Shown: piece after piece, positions 1 through 10,929 of the stretch
Layout of the letters: every line of letters starts with the position of its first letter
How positions within the stretch are numbered: the stretch's first letter is position 1
Assembly: GCA_018714685.1 (NCBI GenBank)
Contig: DVNC01000029.1
Coordinates: 3,764 to 67,763 of the forward strand
Reading direction: 5' to 3'
DNA from: Candidatus Scatocola faecipullorum
Lineage (GTDB): Bacteria > Pseudomonadota > Alphaproteobacteria > RF32 > CAG-239
DNA length: 64,000 bases
The notes under the pieces: generated by a model
Seen by the model: the letters and a program-made list of their open reading frames with translations, nothing else
Databases searched by the model: none
Told to the model about the DNA's origin: nothing
Translations under genes and position numbers: made by a program

Positions 1-48
1 GCCTTAAAGGCGCGGATTTTTTTGCCAAATCCCTTAAAACAGGTAAAG

Positions 49-196
49 GGCGGTCGGGATGTTTGAAATGATGCCACTAAGAGAAGCACTGCATCAGGCA
101 TAACCTGATACCCACCCCGACCATAAGAGTCGAAATGTAATATAGCAGTTTGTCGGTTAACAAACCACTAAGACGACGTTAATGCAGGCACCGTGT
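49..196. repeat. Structured intergenic repeat, family A, copy 1 (148 bp)
   Basis: Same length and roughly three-quarters identical to 720..867. Shared hairpins are ATCAGG-N5-CCTGAT and GTTTG-N8-CAAAC (148..165), with outer GGTCGGG...CCCGACC pairing. Confidence 0.6.
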
Positions 197-351
197 TTAT
201 GCAACATTAACGCCATCCTCTTAGTGATTAAGGAAACATTTCAAAATTTCCCAATTCATTATGAATTACAGCCTTATTTCTTTAACGGAAATAAGTCTCA
301 AATGTCATACGACATTCGGGTATAAAAAATCACCTTTAATTTTGGTAAAGG

Positions 352-436
352 TGAGGGGCTCAAAAGACCAAACATACATGGCCGGACTTATTCGACCTCC
401 TATAAAAGGAAGCACTTATATTCGTCGCACCCCTCA
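352..436. repeat. Structured intergenic repeat, family B, copy 1 (85 bp)
   Basis: Homologous to 623..708. Shares the core GGACTTATTCG...CTTATATTCGTC and is closed by the stem TGAGGGG/CCCCTCA. Confidence 0.55.
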
Positions 437-622
437 AAAGAGAGGTTTAACAGCCGTCCTGATATAGGAGGCTATAGGTAAATGTATGTTTTTATGAGCT
501 TTTGAGTCTCCGCAAGCAGATACCACCCCGCTTGCAGAAATCATAATAACGTAAATTAGAATTTTTGCAACTGCAAAAATCTAATCACATAAATTTTTTA
601 TCAAACCGCTAAAAACAAAAGG

Positions 623-708
623 CGGAGGGGGCTCAAAACACAGATAGCCATGTCGGACTTATTCGGCTCCCCATGAAAGGAAACGCTTATATTCGTCCCA
701 CCCCTCCG
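623..708. repeat. Structured intergenic repeat, family B, copy 2 (86 bp)
   Basis: Homologous to 352..436. The closing stem CGGAGGGG/CCCCTCCG differs from copy 1 by a compensatory pair change (T-A to G-C). Confidence 0.55.
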
Positions 709-719
709 AAAATTTCTTA

Positions 720-867
720 GGCGGTCGGGACGCTAGGAAAAATGCTCACTAAGAAACACTAGTATCAGGCAAAACCTGACACTCATCCCGACCGTAAGAG
801 GTGAAATACAATATAACAGTTTGTCGGTTAACAAACCGCTAAAAAGACGTTAACGCCGGCACCGTGT
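720..867. repeat. Structured intergenic repeat, family A, copy 2 (148 bp)
   Basis: Direct-orientation copy of 49..196. The GTTTGTCGGTTAACAAAC hairpin at 819..836 is identical. Confidence 0.6.
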
Positions 868-890
868 GCCGGGGCAGGGGCTTTCAGCCC

Positions 891-922
891 ATAAAAAAGC
901 CGCCTCACCAGGTGAAGCGGCT
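891..922 (-). terminator. Rho-independent terminator of gyrB
   Basis: Hairpin AGCCGCCTCACC/GGTGAAGCGGCT. On the minus strand it is followed by a U-run (complement of ATAAAAAA) just 3' of the gyrB stop. Confidence 0.7.
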
Positions 923-944
923 TCGTTTGTCAGATATTCCTGAA

Positions 945-3425
<2,481 letters not shown>

Positions 3426-3586
3426 TCATAGCGCAAAAACTTGCAATCACCAAGCAATAAATTAAAGATATCAACGTTTGGCGCCCTTTTTGCACAGATT
3501 TTTTGCCCGTTTTCCGGCGTTTTAGTTATAGACAAAATTTTCATGATATGATAGATTAAGCCTTAGAAGAGTTTAAGGAAGTAATC

Positions 3587-5497
3587 ATGAGCGATTTTGA
3601 AGAATTATACCGCGTTTTTATCAAAACCCAGCCCGCCAAATCTGCCGTTCAGGAGGTTAAACGCCTGCACCCCGATCTCAGTGCCCGGCAGGCTGCCGCC
3701 GCCGCTCAAAATCTGGCCGAACTCGCTTACAATCTCGATATGGACGCTTATTTTAATCCCGAAATCAGGGAAGGCAGCGTCAGCCGCAACTGGAACAACC
3801 AGTTCCGCGCCCTTAACCGTTTGCAGCCCGAACAGCTGGAAGCGCTTGTCGCTTATTCGGAAATCTATGCCGACAAGGTGATGCCCTGTGCCGCCAATGA
3901 AACTGAAGATGCCATGCTGCGGGCGGTTTTTGCCATGTCGGCCCGGGCAATGGTGCTTTATGCTCCTGACCGCCTGCGGGACAAAAAACTGCACTTTCTG
4001 ATGGCTTCCGCCGCGCAAAAAATTGCCGATAACGGCAACAGGCTGACCCGCGGCGAAAAATATTCTCTGGCCATGTCGGTATTCACCAATCTCTACCAGG
4101 ACAATCCCGCCGCTTTTTTTAACCGTCTGGGCATGATCGGCAAAGCCGTTGACGGTTTGACAGACCGGAAAAACCTCGGCAAAGTCTGCGAAGAAATCGA
4201 CAATATCTATCAAAACGAAGGCGACATTACTCCGGTAATGGCCAGAGGATTTGAAAAATATGTTATTCCCGTTGTTAACGAAATTCCCGATTTTTCCACC
4301 CTTTCCGCCGAGCATGACTGTTCTTACGGCGAATACGGGCTGATCGGCTACACCAACAAGGTTCTTACTTCGCAGTGGACCCCGCGCAGTCTCAACGAAG
4401 CTATCGGCATTTTGAAAGAGGTTCCCACGCCCGATATGGTCAAAAGGGAGACCATCCGCACCAAGGCCATTCAGCTTGAAGAAGCCGAGTTTAGCGGCCT
4501 GCGCGACTTTCTGCACAGCGAGACCATCGGCGTCAGCGAGCTGGTCGGGCACATGCTGGAATATTACCATGCTTCCAAAGGCGGGAACAATAATGCCGCC
4601 CAAATCGCCGCCGACAAAATTAAGAGCGATTTGCGCAGCTGCCAGTCCGAAGATTTTGCCTCCGGTTATCTTGATATATCCCGTTATGAGCGCGTTATTG
4701 ACCGGGACAGCGGGCTGACCGCCATTGAAGCTTTGCAGATTGTGGCCGACAATGTTCGGAAAAACAACGCCAAACCGCCTTTGGTCAATGATCCCGAGCT
4801 TGACGGGCTGTCTCAGCGTTTTTTGCTCGAGGGCTATACCGACACCGCCGCCTTTGGCCGTTTTATGGAAGTGCTGAACAACAAAATCATTCAAAACATT
4901 GAAACGCAGAAAATCGGAATTTCGCCGCAGATGGTCGATTTAATGTTCTGGTGCGACAAAAAATGCACCAATCTGCTGAAAGACCGCGATTTCGAACACC
5001 AGTGCGGTGACCATAAATCGCCCTGGTTCAAACAGGTGGCGCTGTTTGCCGAGCTCACCAATTCCGCCGAAACCGGCTTTAATCGCAAGGGCTTTGACGC
5101 TTATTTCAAACATGTTCAGGCGCAGGATTATTTCTTTGATGCCAACAATATTTTGATCAAACGTCAGCGCAACAACATTTTTAAGCTGTTTCAGGCTTCC
5201 AAACAGGCTTGCCGTCAGGTCGGCGAAAATCTGCGCCGCCGCTTGGAACGCAGCGGGCGCGGCAGCGATGAAATCGATTTCGAAATCGAAAAACTGAACG
5301 GAATTTACGATCAGCGCAACCGCCGTATGATTTCCGGCAATCTGGTGGGCGAAATCTTCAAACTGAATGATTTCAAAAAGCCCTCCACCCGTCTCGGCGA
5401 ACGCTATGCCGAAGAAATGAAGCGCAAAGTTCAGCTTGAGCGCCCGGTCGAAAAAACGCTGCTGAAAATATTCAAAACCAAAAGCCGGAGGGATTGA
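3587..5497 (+). CDS. Hypothetical 636-aa protein with no recognisable domain
   Basis: Long ORF with RBS AAGGAAG upstream of the ATG. Its TGA stop (5495..5497) lies 2 nt before the next gene's ATG, and the downstream RBS GGAGG sits inside its 3' end. Confidence 0.7.
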   Translation: MSDFEELYRVFIKTQPAKSAVQEVKRLHPDLSARQAAAAAQNLAELAYNLDMDAYFNPEIREGSVSRNWNNQFRALNRLQPEQLEALVAYSEIYADKVMPCAANETEDAMLRAVFAMSARAMVLYAPDRLRDKKLHFLMASAAQKIADNGNRLTRGEKYSLAMSVFTNLYQDNPAAFFNRLGMIGKAVDGLTDRKNLGKVCEEIDNIYQNEGDITPVMARGFEKYVIPVVNEIPDFSTLSAEHDCSYGEYGLIGYTNKVLTSQWTPRSLNEAIGILKEVPTPDMVKRETIRTKAIQLEEAEFSGLRDFLHSETIGVSELVGHMLEYYHASKGGNNNAAQIAADKIKSDLRSCQSEDFASGYLDISRYERVIDRDSGLTAIEALQIVADNVRKNNAKPPLVNDPELDGLSQRFLLEGYTDTAAFGRFMEVLNNKIIQNIETQKIGISPQMVDLMFWCDKKCTNLLKDRDFEHQCGDHKSPWFKQVALFAELTNSAETGFNRKGFDAYFKHVQAQDYFFDANNILIKRQRNNIFKLFQASKQACRQVGENLRRRLERSGRGSDEIDFEIEKLNGIYDQRNRRMISGNLVGEIFKLNDFKKPSTRLGERYAEEMKRKVQLERPVEKTLLKIFKTKSRRD

Positions 5498-5499
5498 CG

Positions 5500-6819
5500 A
5501 TGAAAAAACTGATAATCGAAGCTCCGTCCGGTCTTGACCCCAAATATAAACTTTGGGCGAGGGAAGCCGCAGGGGAAATGCTTTCGCTGTTTCCCGAATA
5601 CAAGTCCTCTTTTCAAATAGAGTTTGACGAGCTTTGCCGCCATGGGCAGACTGAAATTGATCAGGCCGCCTTTGACAGGCTGCCCGATGATGAATTTAAA
5701 CGGAAATTTGTCCGGCTTTCCAACGGCAAATATCTGGTTCCTTATGCATCGGAGGCATGGTATTTGGCGCAGTCTTCCGCCGAAAACCGGGCTAACGGCA
5801 TTGATGCCGCCGATATGGAAAAATACGGCAAGCTTAAAGCCGAGGGAATGCTGCACCGCAAATCGCAGGATATCGTTGTTTCTCTGCTTGGAAGCGATAT
5901 TCAGCCGGCTTTCTACGGCTACGGCATTGATGGGCTGAATGCCGTCATTTCAACGCCAAACTGTAATGACAAAGAATTTTTTATCACCATTTTTATGCAC
6001 GAATTCGGCCATATTCTCAACGCTACCCATGAACGGCGTCCCCATACCAAAGACGACCCGGCTTTGGGTGTGCACTGCACCAATGACAAATGCATTATGG
6101 GCGAAAGCAATTATCATGACCTCACCCGGGAAAGGCTGGAACGCAAACGGAAAAACCGTCCGCCTTTCTGTGACGAATGTATTGCCGCCATGCGGGAAAA
6201 ACTGGAAAATATCCCCGGTCTGACCAAAGCCGTTGCCGTTTCCCATGCCAATGCCCTGCCGGTTCTGCCCCATAATGACGATAACTGGAAAAACGGCTGG
6301 CGCACGCATTACCGAGCCGTTGCTGCCCGTGATAAATTTACTTATCATGAAGATGTCAAAAATCCTAATTTTGTTGCCGAAATAACCCGGAATGACGGTT
6401 CCAAACTGAACATTGAAGCCAATAACGAATATAATCTGTCTCTGGGGGCGCAGACAGCCGACGGCAAAGACGATATTCCCGCGATTAAAGATTTTGCCGA
6501 TGTTGTTGCCAAAGCGGCGGCGGATAACAGCGTGATTGAATTTGCTTCCATCCGGGATGACGAATTTAAAGCCCGTCTGCTGATTGCCTGCCTTGAAGCT
6601 TCGCCGCGGATGAAAACCAACAAGGCGCCGAATATAACTCCTGCTTTTTTGAAAAATATTGACCCCAAAACCAAAGCCCGCCTGCAAAAAGCTCTGACCG
6701 GAAATCGGCAGCACGGCAACGGAAACACGCCGCAACCCCGGCCAAACCGTCCGCCGCACCGTCCCGGTTCGGGAAACCGGCGTTATACGTCGGGTCGTCA
6801 GTCCGGCGGCAGATCTTAA
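5500..6819 (+). CDS. Archaemetzincin-like (peptidase M54-like) zinc metalloprotease with a long C-terminal extension
   Basis: Contains HEFGHILNATH ... GVHCTNDKCIM ... FCDEC, which resembles the archaemetzincin signature HExxHxxGxxxCxxxxCxM...CxxC. ATG at 5500 has GGAGG 8 nt upstream; the ORF track starts at the in-frame TTG at 5494. The tail is Pro/Arg/Gly-rich. Confidence 0.6.
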   Translation: MKKLIIEAPSGLDPKYKLWAREAAGEMLSLFPEYKSSFQIEFDELCRHGQTEIDQAAFDRLPDDEFKRKFVRLSNGKYLVPYASEAWYLAQSSAENRANGIDAADMEKYGKLKAEGMLHRKSQDIVVSLLGSDIQPAFYGYGIDGLNAVISTPNCNDKEFFITIFMHEFGHILNATHERRPHTKDDPALGVHCTNDKCIMGESNYHDLTRERLERKRKNRPPFCDECIAAMREKLENIPGLTKAVAVSHANALPVLPHNDDNWKNGWRTHYRAVAARDKFTYHEDVKNPNFVAEITRNDGSKLNIEANNEYNLSLGAQTADGKDDIPAIKDFADVVAKAAADNSVIEFASIRDDEFKARLLIACLEASPRMKTNKAPNITPAFLKNIDPKTKARLQKALTGNRQHGNGNTPQPRPNRPPHRPGSGNRRYTSGRQSGGRS

Positions 6820-7445
6820 AATTTGAGTTTATAACCGCCGTCTTCGGTCAAAATCAGCTGGGCTTCGGGATTGTCGTGTTCCACTTTCTGCCGCAGGCGG
6901 TAGATGTGCGTTTCAATCGTATGGGTTGTTACTTCGGCGTTATAGTCCCAAACGTCTTGCAGCAAATCGTTTTTGGAAACGATTTTATCTTTTGACTTAT
7001 ACAGGTATTTAATGACCGCCACTTCTTTTTCCGTCAGCTTGATTAATTCGTTATTGCGCCGGTTCAGGATTTCCTTTGCCGCCGGGTGCAGCTCGTAATT
7101 ATTGAAAGCAAGGTAAGCGTCGCTGCTGTTTTCAAAAACATTGATGCAGGAACGCAGTTTGTTCAAAAAGTCGTTCAGGCTGAACGGTTTGCTGATGACC
7201 GCTTCTCTCTCGGCATTGCCGTCATTTTCTTTTTCCGCCTTTTCCAGCAGGATAATCGGCGCTTTCAGATGATTTTGCCTCAGGCCGGCAACCTTTTCGC
7301 TTTTGTCGTCCAAAACATAAACGTCAACCGGTTCTGCTTCCTTTTCATCAAAATAAACCGTAAATTCCGGTGCGTAAAGTTTAATTTGCCCGGCCAAATC
7401 CTCGGCAAAGCTCTGATTGTCGGAAAGAAGTAAAACATTGGGCAT
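6816..7445 (-). CDS. OmpR/PhoB-family response regulator with an atypical receiver domain
   Basis: The C-terminus is a winged-helix (LTEKEVAVIKYLYK...IETHIYRLRQK). The receiver retains VLDD and the KPF lysine, but the N-terminal acidic pair reads SDN. Confidence 0.65.
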   Translation of the reverse strand: MPNVLLLSDNQSFAEDLAGQIKLYAPEFTVYFDEKEAEPVDVYVLDDKSEKVAGLRQNHLKAPIILLEKAEKENDGNAEREAVISKPFSLNDFLNKLRSCINVFENSSDAYLAFNNYELHPAAKEILNRRNNELIKLTEKEVAVIKYLYKSKDKIVSKNDLLQDVWDYNAEVTTHTIETHIYRLRQKVEHDNPEAQLILTEDGGYKLKF

Positions 7446-7457
7446 AAACCGCTCCTT

Positions 7458-8582
7458 TTAGAAATGCAGGCCGATACCGGTAACCACCGTATAGCCCTTG
7501 TTGTTGTCGCTGACGGCTTTGGTTGCGCCGCGGAAATTGACTTGGGCGCCAATCAGGTATAAATCAACGTATTTGTTCAGCTGATATTGGTTTGACAGCA
7601 TAATGATGTCATCCTGATTGTCGGTATTTTCCGCTTCGCTGTGCAAATAAGAGAGCGCCGCCTGATACGGACCGATTTCATACCCCAGCCCGATGTCCCA
7701 GGCCTGTCCTTCGCGGTAATTGTCAAACCAGTCCGGCAGCCGCGGATTGTCTGATTGTCCGGTAACCGCAAAATCGCCGCCGTCAACATAAGTCTTGCGG
7801 TAACTGGCTCCCAAAGTCCAGCCGCCTTTGTAAAAACTGATGCCGGCCGTAAAGTCTTTGTCGTCCTGGTTAAAGATACCGTAGCCCAAGGCGGCCGACA
7901 TATCGGCAAAACCTAAATCCTGCTCAGTATAAAGAGAGAAAACATAAGCGGAATCGTCTGCATATCTGGCAAATTTATTAACTAATCCCCGGCGGTCGTA
8001 ACTGTCCGGCGCATAAGAAAAACCGAACATGGTACCGTAAATTTCCGGCGTTATGTATGAGATTTTCGGTGCCACGCCGTCAGTGTTCATCGAGGTTGAA
8101 TTTAATGTCCGGTAAGCGGTGGCGTGTTTGGTTTTAACCCAGTTGGGATTCGCCATGAAATTGACAATGTCGGAATCGTTTAATCCGATGGCGCCGGCTC
8201 GCGGAGCCCCGACCTGAAACTGATAGGCGGTATTATAAGTCTCGCCCAGCATAATCCGCCCGTAAGGACTGTCGATAATGCCGTAAATCTCCTGTCCCCA
8301 GTCGCCGTTGTTAAAATTATCCTGCCTTTTGTTGATGCCGGCATTCAAATCGGCGTATAATCCGGCGCGGTAATCGGCGTTAAATTCCTTTTCCAGTCCC
8401 AGGTTAAGCGAAAACAGATTAATCCAGTGGTCACTGTGGTCGTTATGCTTGTAACGCCCGGCCGGCACGTTATATCCGTATAGGGAGTCAATTCTTCCGC
8501 TGTAAATAAACTCAACTTCCGATGCCTGCGCCAAAGCCGGAAAAAAACAAGCCAGAGAAAATAAAAGCGTTTTTAATTTCAT
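7458..8582 (-). CDS. Outer-membrane porin
   Basis: Signal peptide MKLKTLLFSLACFFPALAQA, alternating aromatic/polar beta-strand pattern and C-terminal ...GIGLHF. ATG at 8582 is preferred over the upstream TTG at 8591. Confidence 0.6.
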   Translation of the reverse strand: MKLKTLLFSLACFFPALAQASEVEFIYSGRIDSLYGYNVPAGRYKHNDHSDHWINLFSLNLGLEKEFNADYRAGLYADLNAGINKRQDNFNNGDWGQEIYGIIDSPYGRIMLGETYNTAYQFQVGAPRAGAIGLNDSDIVNFMANPNWVKTKHATAYRTLNSTSMNTDGVAPKISYITPEIYGTMFGFSYAPDSYDRRGLVNKFARYADDSAYVFSLYTEQDLGFADMSAALGYGIFNQDDKDFTAGISFYKGGWTLGASYRKTYVDGGDFAVTGQSDNPRLPDWFDNYREGQAWDIGLGYEIGPYQAALSYLHSEAENTDNQDDIIMLSNQYQLNKYVDLYLIGAQVNFRGATKAVSDNNKGYTVVTGIGLHF

Positions 8583-8594
8583 GGGCCTCAAACC

Positions 8595-9407
8595 TTATTT
8601 TTTCATTTCCATAATAACCGGAACATGGTCGGACGGGCGTTCTTCTGCCCGCATATAAGTGCAGATTTTAACCGCCGTAACCCGCTCGGCAATATTCGGA
8701 CTGACCCAGATATGATCCAACCGCCGCCCTTTGTTGTTTGTTTGCCAGTTGGGATTGCGGTAGCTCCACCAGGAGTAGACTTTTTCCGGCTCGGGATAAA
8801 ACCGCCGCGTAACGTCTACCAGGTCAAGCGCCTGCCGCAGCCGGGTCAGCCGTTCAACTTCTACCGGCGTATGCGAAACAATTTTCAGCATCTGCTTGTG
8901 ACTCCACACGTCATTTTCGAGCGGAGCAACGTTAAAGTCGCCGCAGACAATCATTTTACGCCGGCCGTAGTCGTCTTTATGCAGTTCCCAGTATTCGGCA
9001 ATATCGTCCATAAAAGTCAGCTTATGTGCGAATGACAGGTTGGCAATCGGATCGGGAATATCTCCGCCGGCCGGAATATAAATATTGTTGATTTCCAAAT
9101 CGTCAAGAACCCGGGCCGCAATATGTCGTGCATCATGCTTGCCGACCCAGTCTTTTTGCTCGACGGCGCTCAGATTTGTCCGTGACAAAATTGCCACGCC
9201 GTTATAACCGGGCATGCTGTATAAGGCAATGTGCGGATAGCCGAGCGCCTCAATTTCCGCAAAGGGAAAATCTTCTTTTTTGGCTTTCACTTCCTGCAGG
9301 CAGATAATGTCTGGCTGTTCCGTTTCCGCCAGCTTTTTCAGCAGATCCAGCCGGATGCGGATGGAATTGACATTCCAGGTTGCCAGTTTAAACGTCGTCT
9401 TGTCCAT
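8595..9407 (-). CDS. xthA: Exodeoxyribonuclease III
   Basis: 270 aa with WNVNS, CLQE, GDFNVAP and SDHVP motifs of the ExoIII/AP endonuclease family. Confidence 0.9.
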   Translation of the reverse strand: MDKTTFKLATWNVNSIRIRLDLLKKLAETEQPDIICLQEVKAKKEDFPFAEIEALGYPHIALYSMPGYNGVAILSRTNLSAVEQKDWVGKHDARHIAARVLDDLEINNIYIPAGGDIPDPIANLSFAHKLTFMDDIAEYWELHKDDYGRRKMIVCGDFNVAPLENDVWSHKQMLKIVSHTPVEVERLTRLRQALDLVDVTRRFYPEPEKVYSWWSYRNPNWQTNNKGRRLDHIWVSPNIAERVTAVKICTYMRAEERPSDHVPVIMEMKK

Positions 9408-9410
9408 CGT

Positions 9411-10031
9411 TTAACGGCGCCCTTTATTGTAGTTTTTCGGTCCGGATTTGTTTTTCTTGAATTTAAATAATGAATTGTCCAAATCAAGATCCTTCTGCGC
9501 GTTATACAGCGAAACGGTCACTTCCACGCTTTGCGGGTCAACAATGCTCCACTGTTTCAGCTCAAAGGGATTGTTGTTAAAAGTCAGCGTAATCGGGCCG
9601 ATGTCGTTGTCTTTGTATTGAATGGTGGCGGTGGTAATGCCGGCGTCCTGATAATAATTGGTCACTTTGAATTTTTTTCCGTCAAGTTTAACGTCATTGG
9701 CCAAAATCAAACTGGCCGGAATATCATCGTAATCAATGTTGGTAACCTGATCCAGCTCTTTATCGTGATAAATGATGTAATCGCCGTCGCCGACAATCAA
9801 AACATCGGTCGGAGCATTGTATTCCATGCGTATTTTGTTGGGTTTGGCAATATAGAGCATTCCTTCCGCCGTATTGCCGTTGCTGGCCGTCTGCACGAAA
9901 GAAGCCTGCATGGTTTTAATGTTGTTCAGGTAATCTTCAATTTGTTTCAGGTTCTCTTTCTGTTGAGCCTGAGCCGGGGTCAGAACCGTCCAAAACAAGG
10001 CAAAACAAATTGTCCAAACTGATTTTTTCAT
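9411..10031 (-). CDS. lolA: Outer-membrane lipoprotein carrier protein LolA
   Basis: Has a signal peptide. The F.Q....G..EG.LYI.KP.K.R.EY..P pattern is typical of LolA. Confidence 0.75.
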   Translation of the reverse strand: MKKSVWTICFALFWTVLTPAQAQQKENLKQIEDYLNNIKTMQASFVQTASNGNTAEGMLYIAKPNKIRMEYNAPTDVLIVGDGDYIIYHDKELDQVTNIDYDDIPASLILANDVKLDGKKFKVTNYYQDAGITTATIQYKDNDIGPITLTFNNNPFELKQWSIVDPQSVEVTVSLYNAQKDLDLDNSLFKFKKNKSGPKNYNKGRR

Positions 10032-10092
10032 TTTATCACCTTTGCAAAAGAATTAACTCAAAATAATATAGTCCATAATTTCAAATAGTCTA

Positions 10093-10131
10093 ATAAAAAA
10101 AATCCCCCTTCCGATAAAAACCGCAAGAGGG
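10093..10131 (-). terminator. Terminator after micro-ORF 1
   Basis: On the minus strand, CCCTCTT-N13-AAGGGGG (one G-U pair) is followed by T8. Confidence 0.6.
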
Positions 10132-10161
10132 ATCTATCCATGCTATGAAGAGACTGTCAGC

Positions 10162-10275
10162 TTATTTGCTGCTTTCTTTCTTTTCGGAAGCAGATTTTGA
10201 AGAACGGGAAGAACTTGAAGAGTTAGAACTTCCGGAAGCAGATTTTGACATTTTGCTATTGTTACCACAAGCCAT
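10162..10275 (-). CDS. Ser/Lys-rich micro-protein (37 aa): MACGNNSKMSKSASGSSNSSSSSRSSKSASEKKESSK
   Basis: Not in the ORF track because it is under 60 aa. AAGGAG RBS lies 7 nt upstream of the ATG and it has its own terminator. Confidence 0.5.
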   Translation of the reverse strand: MACGNNSKMSKSASGSSNSSSSSRSSKSASEKKESSK

Positions 10276-10335
10276 GATATTTCTCCTTAAATAAAAAAAT
10301 GAAAGTTGATTGTTTTCAATAATTAAATAAAACGG

Positions 10336-10542
10336 CTAGAAAGACTTAGAGTTGGAAGATTGACCGCACGGACAACCGCCGGAAAAAGAAACTTCGTCAA
10401 TTTCCAATTCTTCTTCTTCGTCCGCATTGTCGGTCGGCGAAGAATAGGATTTAGAACTCATTTCTGAGGATTTCTGATGAGACGTCGAAGAATCCTGAAA
10501 GCCGGAAGCTTTCTTTTCTTCGGTTTCATTGGTGTTATCCAT
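10336..10542 (-). CDS. Acidic Ser-rich small protein (68 aa) with a C-terminal GGCPCG motif
   Basis: AAGGAG RBS 7 nt upstream of the ATG, the same RBS context as the two flanking micro-ORFs. Confidence 0.55.
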   Translation of the reverse strand: MDNTNETEEKKASGFQDSSTSHQKSSEMSSKSYSSPTDNADEEEELEIDEVSFSGGCPCGQSSNSKSF

Positions 10543-10664
10543 AATATATCTCCTTGTTTTATTAAATTAGCGCGGGGTTTCCCCTGCTGCACAGAAGGAG
10601 TTAATCTTTATCTGCCGTCAAAACAAGGTTTATAGACTGTTTGCTAGGCATTTGGGCTTTGCCG

Positions 10665-10699
10665 GAACAAAAAACGCCCCGGTCTGAAACCGGGGCGTT
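10665..10699 (-). terminator. Terminator after micro-ORF 3
   Basis: 11-bp stem AACGCCCCGGT/ACCGGGGCGTT followed on the minus strand by TTTTTTGT. Confidence 0.75.
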
Positions 10700-10721
10700 C
10701 AACCTTTAAAACGGGTTTGTT

Positions 10722-10832
10722 TTATTTGCTGCATTTTTTGCCGGAACTGCTCTTGCAGCTCTCTTTGGCGGATGTGGCCGTCGTTTCGGCAGAGGAATTG
10801 TTCGTGGTGTTTTTCTTAGATTTGTGAGACAT
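10722..10832 (-). CDS. Ser/Lys-rich micro-protein (36 aa): MSHKSKKNTTNNSSAETTATSAKESCKSSSGKKCSK
   Basis: The internal ATG of the 62-aa track ORF has AGGAG 7 nt upstream. Followed by a strong terminator. Confidence 0.5.
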   Translation of the reverse strand: MSHKSKKNTTNNSSAETTATSAKESCKSSSGKKCSK

Positions 10833-10929
10833 TGTTGTTCTCCTGTAAAAAACTGTGCTTATGACCATAAGCACCTGATTCTTATTTAGGGTGTATTTTT
10901 TTGAAAACAAGAGATTTTACAAAAATATT

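Noticed and set aside
261-467. 68-aa ORF in the repeat tract downstream of gyrB.
   Set aside because: It spans a repeat copy whose paralogous copy (623..708) does not preserve the frame: there the equivalent ATG gives only 8 codons. The conservation looks structural or nucleotide-level rather than coding.
3605-4894. 429-aa minus-strand ORF opposite the 636-aa hypothetical gene.
   Set aside because: The plus-strand frame is longer, has an RBS and is translationally coupled to the downstream protease gene. The antisense product is low-complexity and Gly/Val-rich, typical of a shadow frame.
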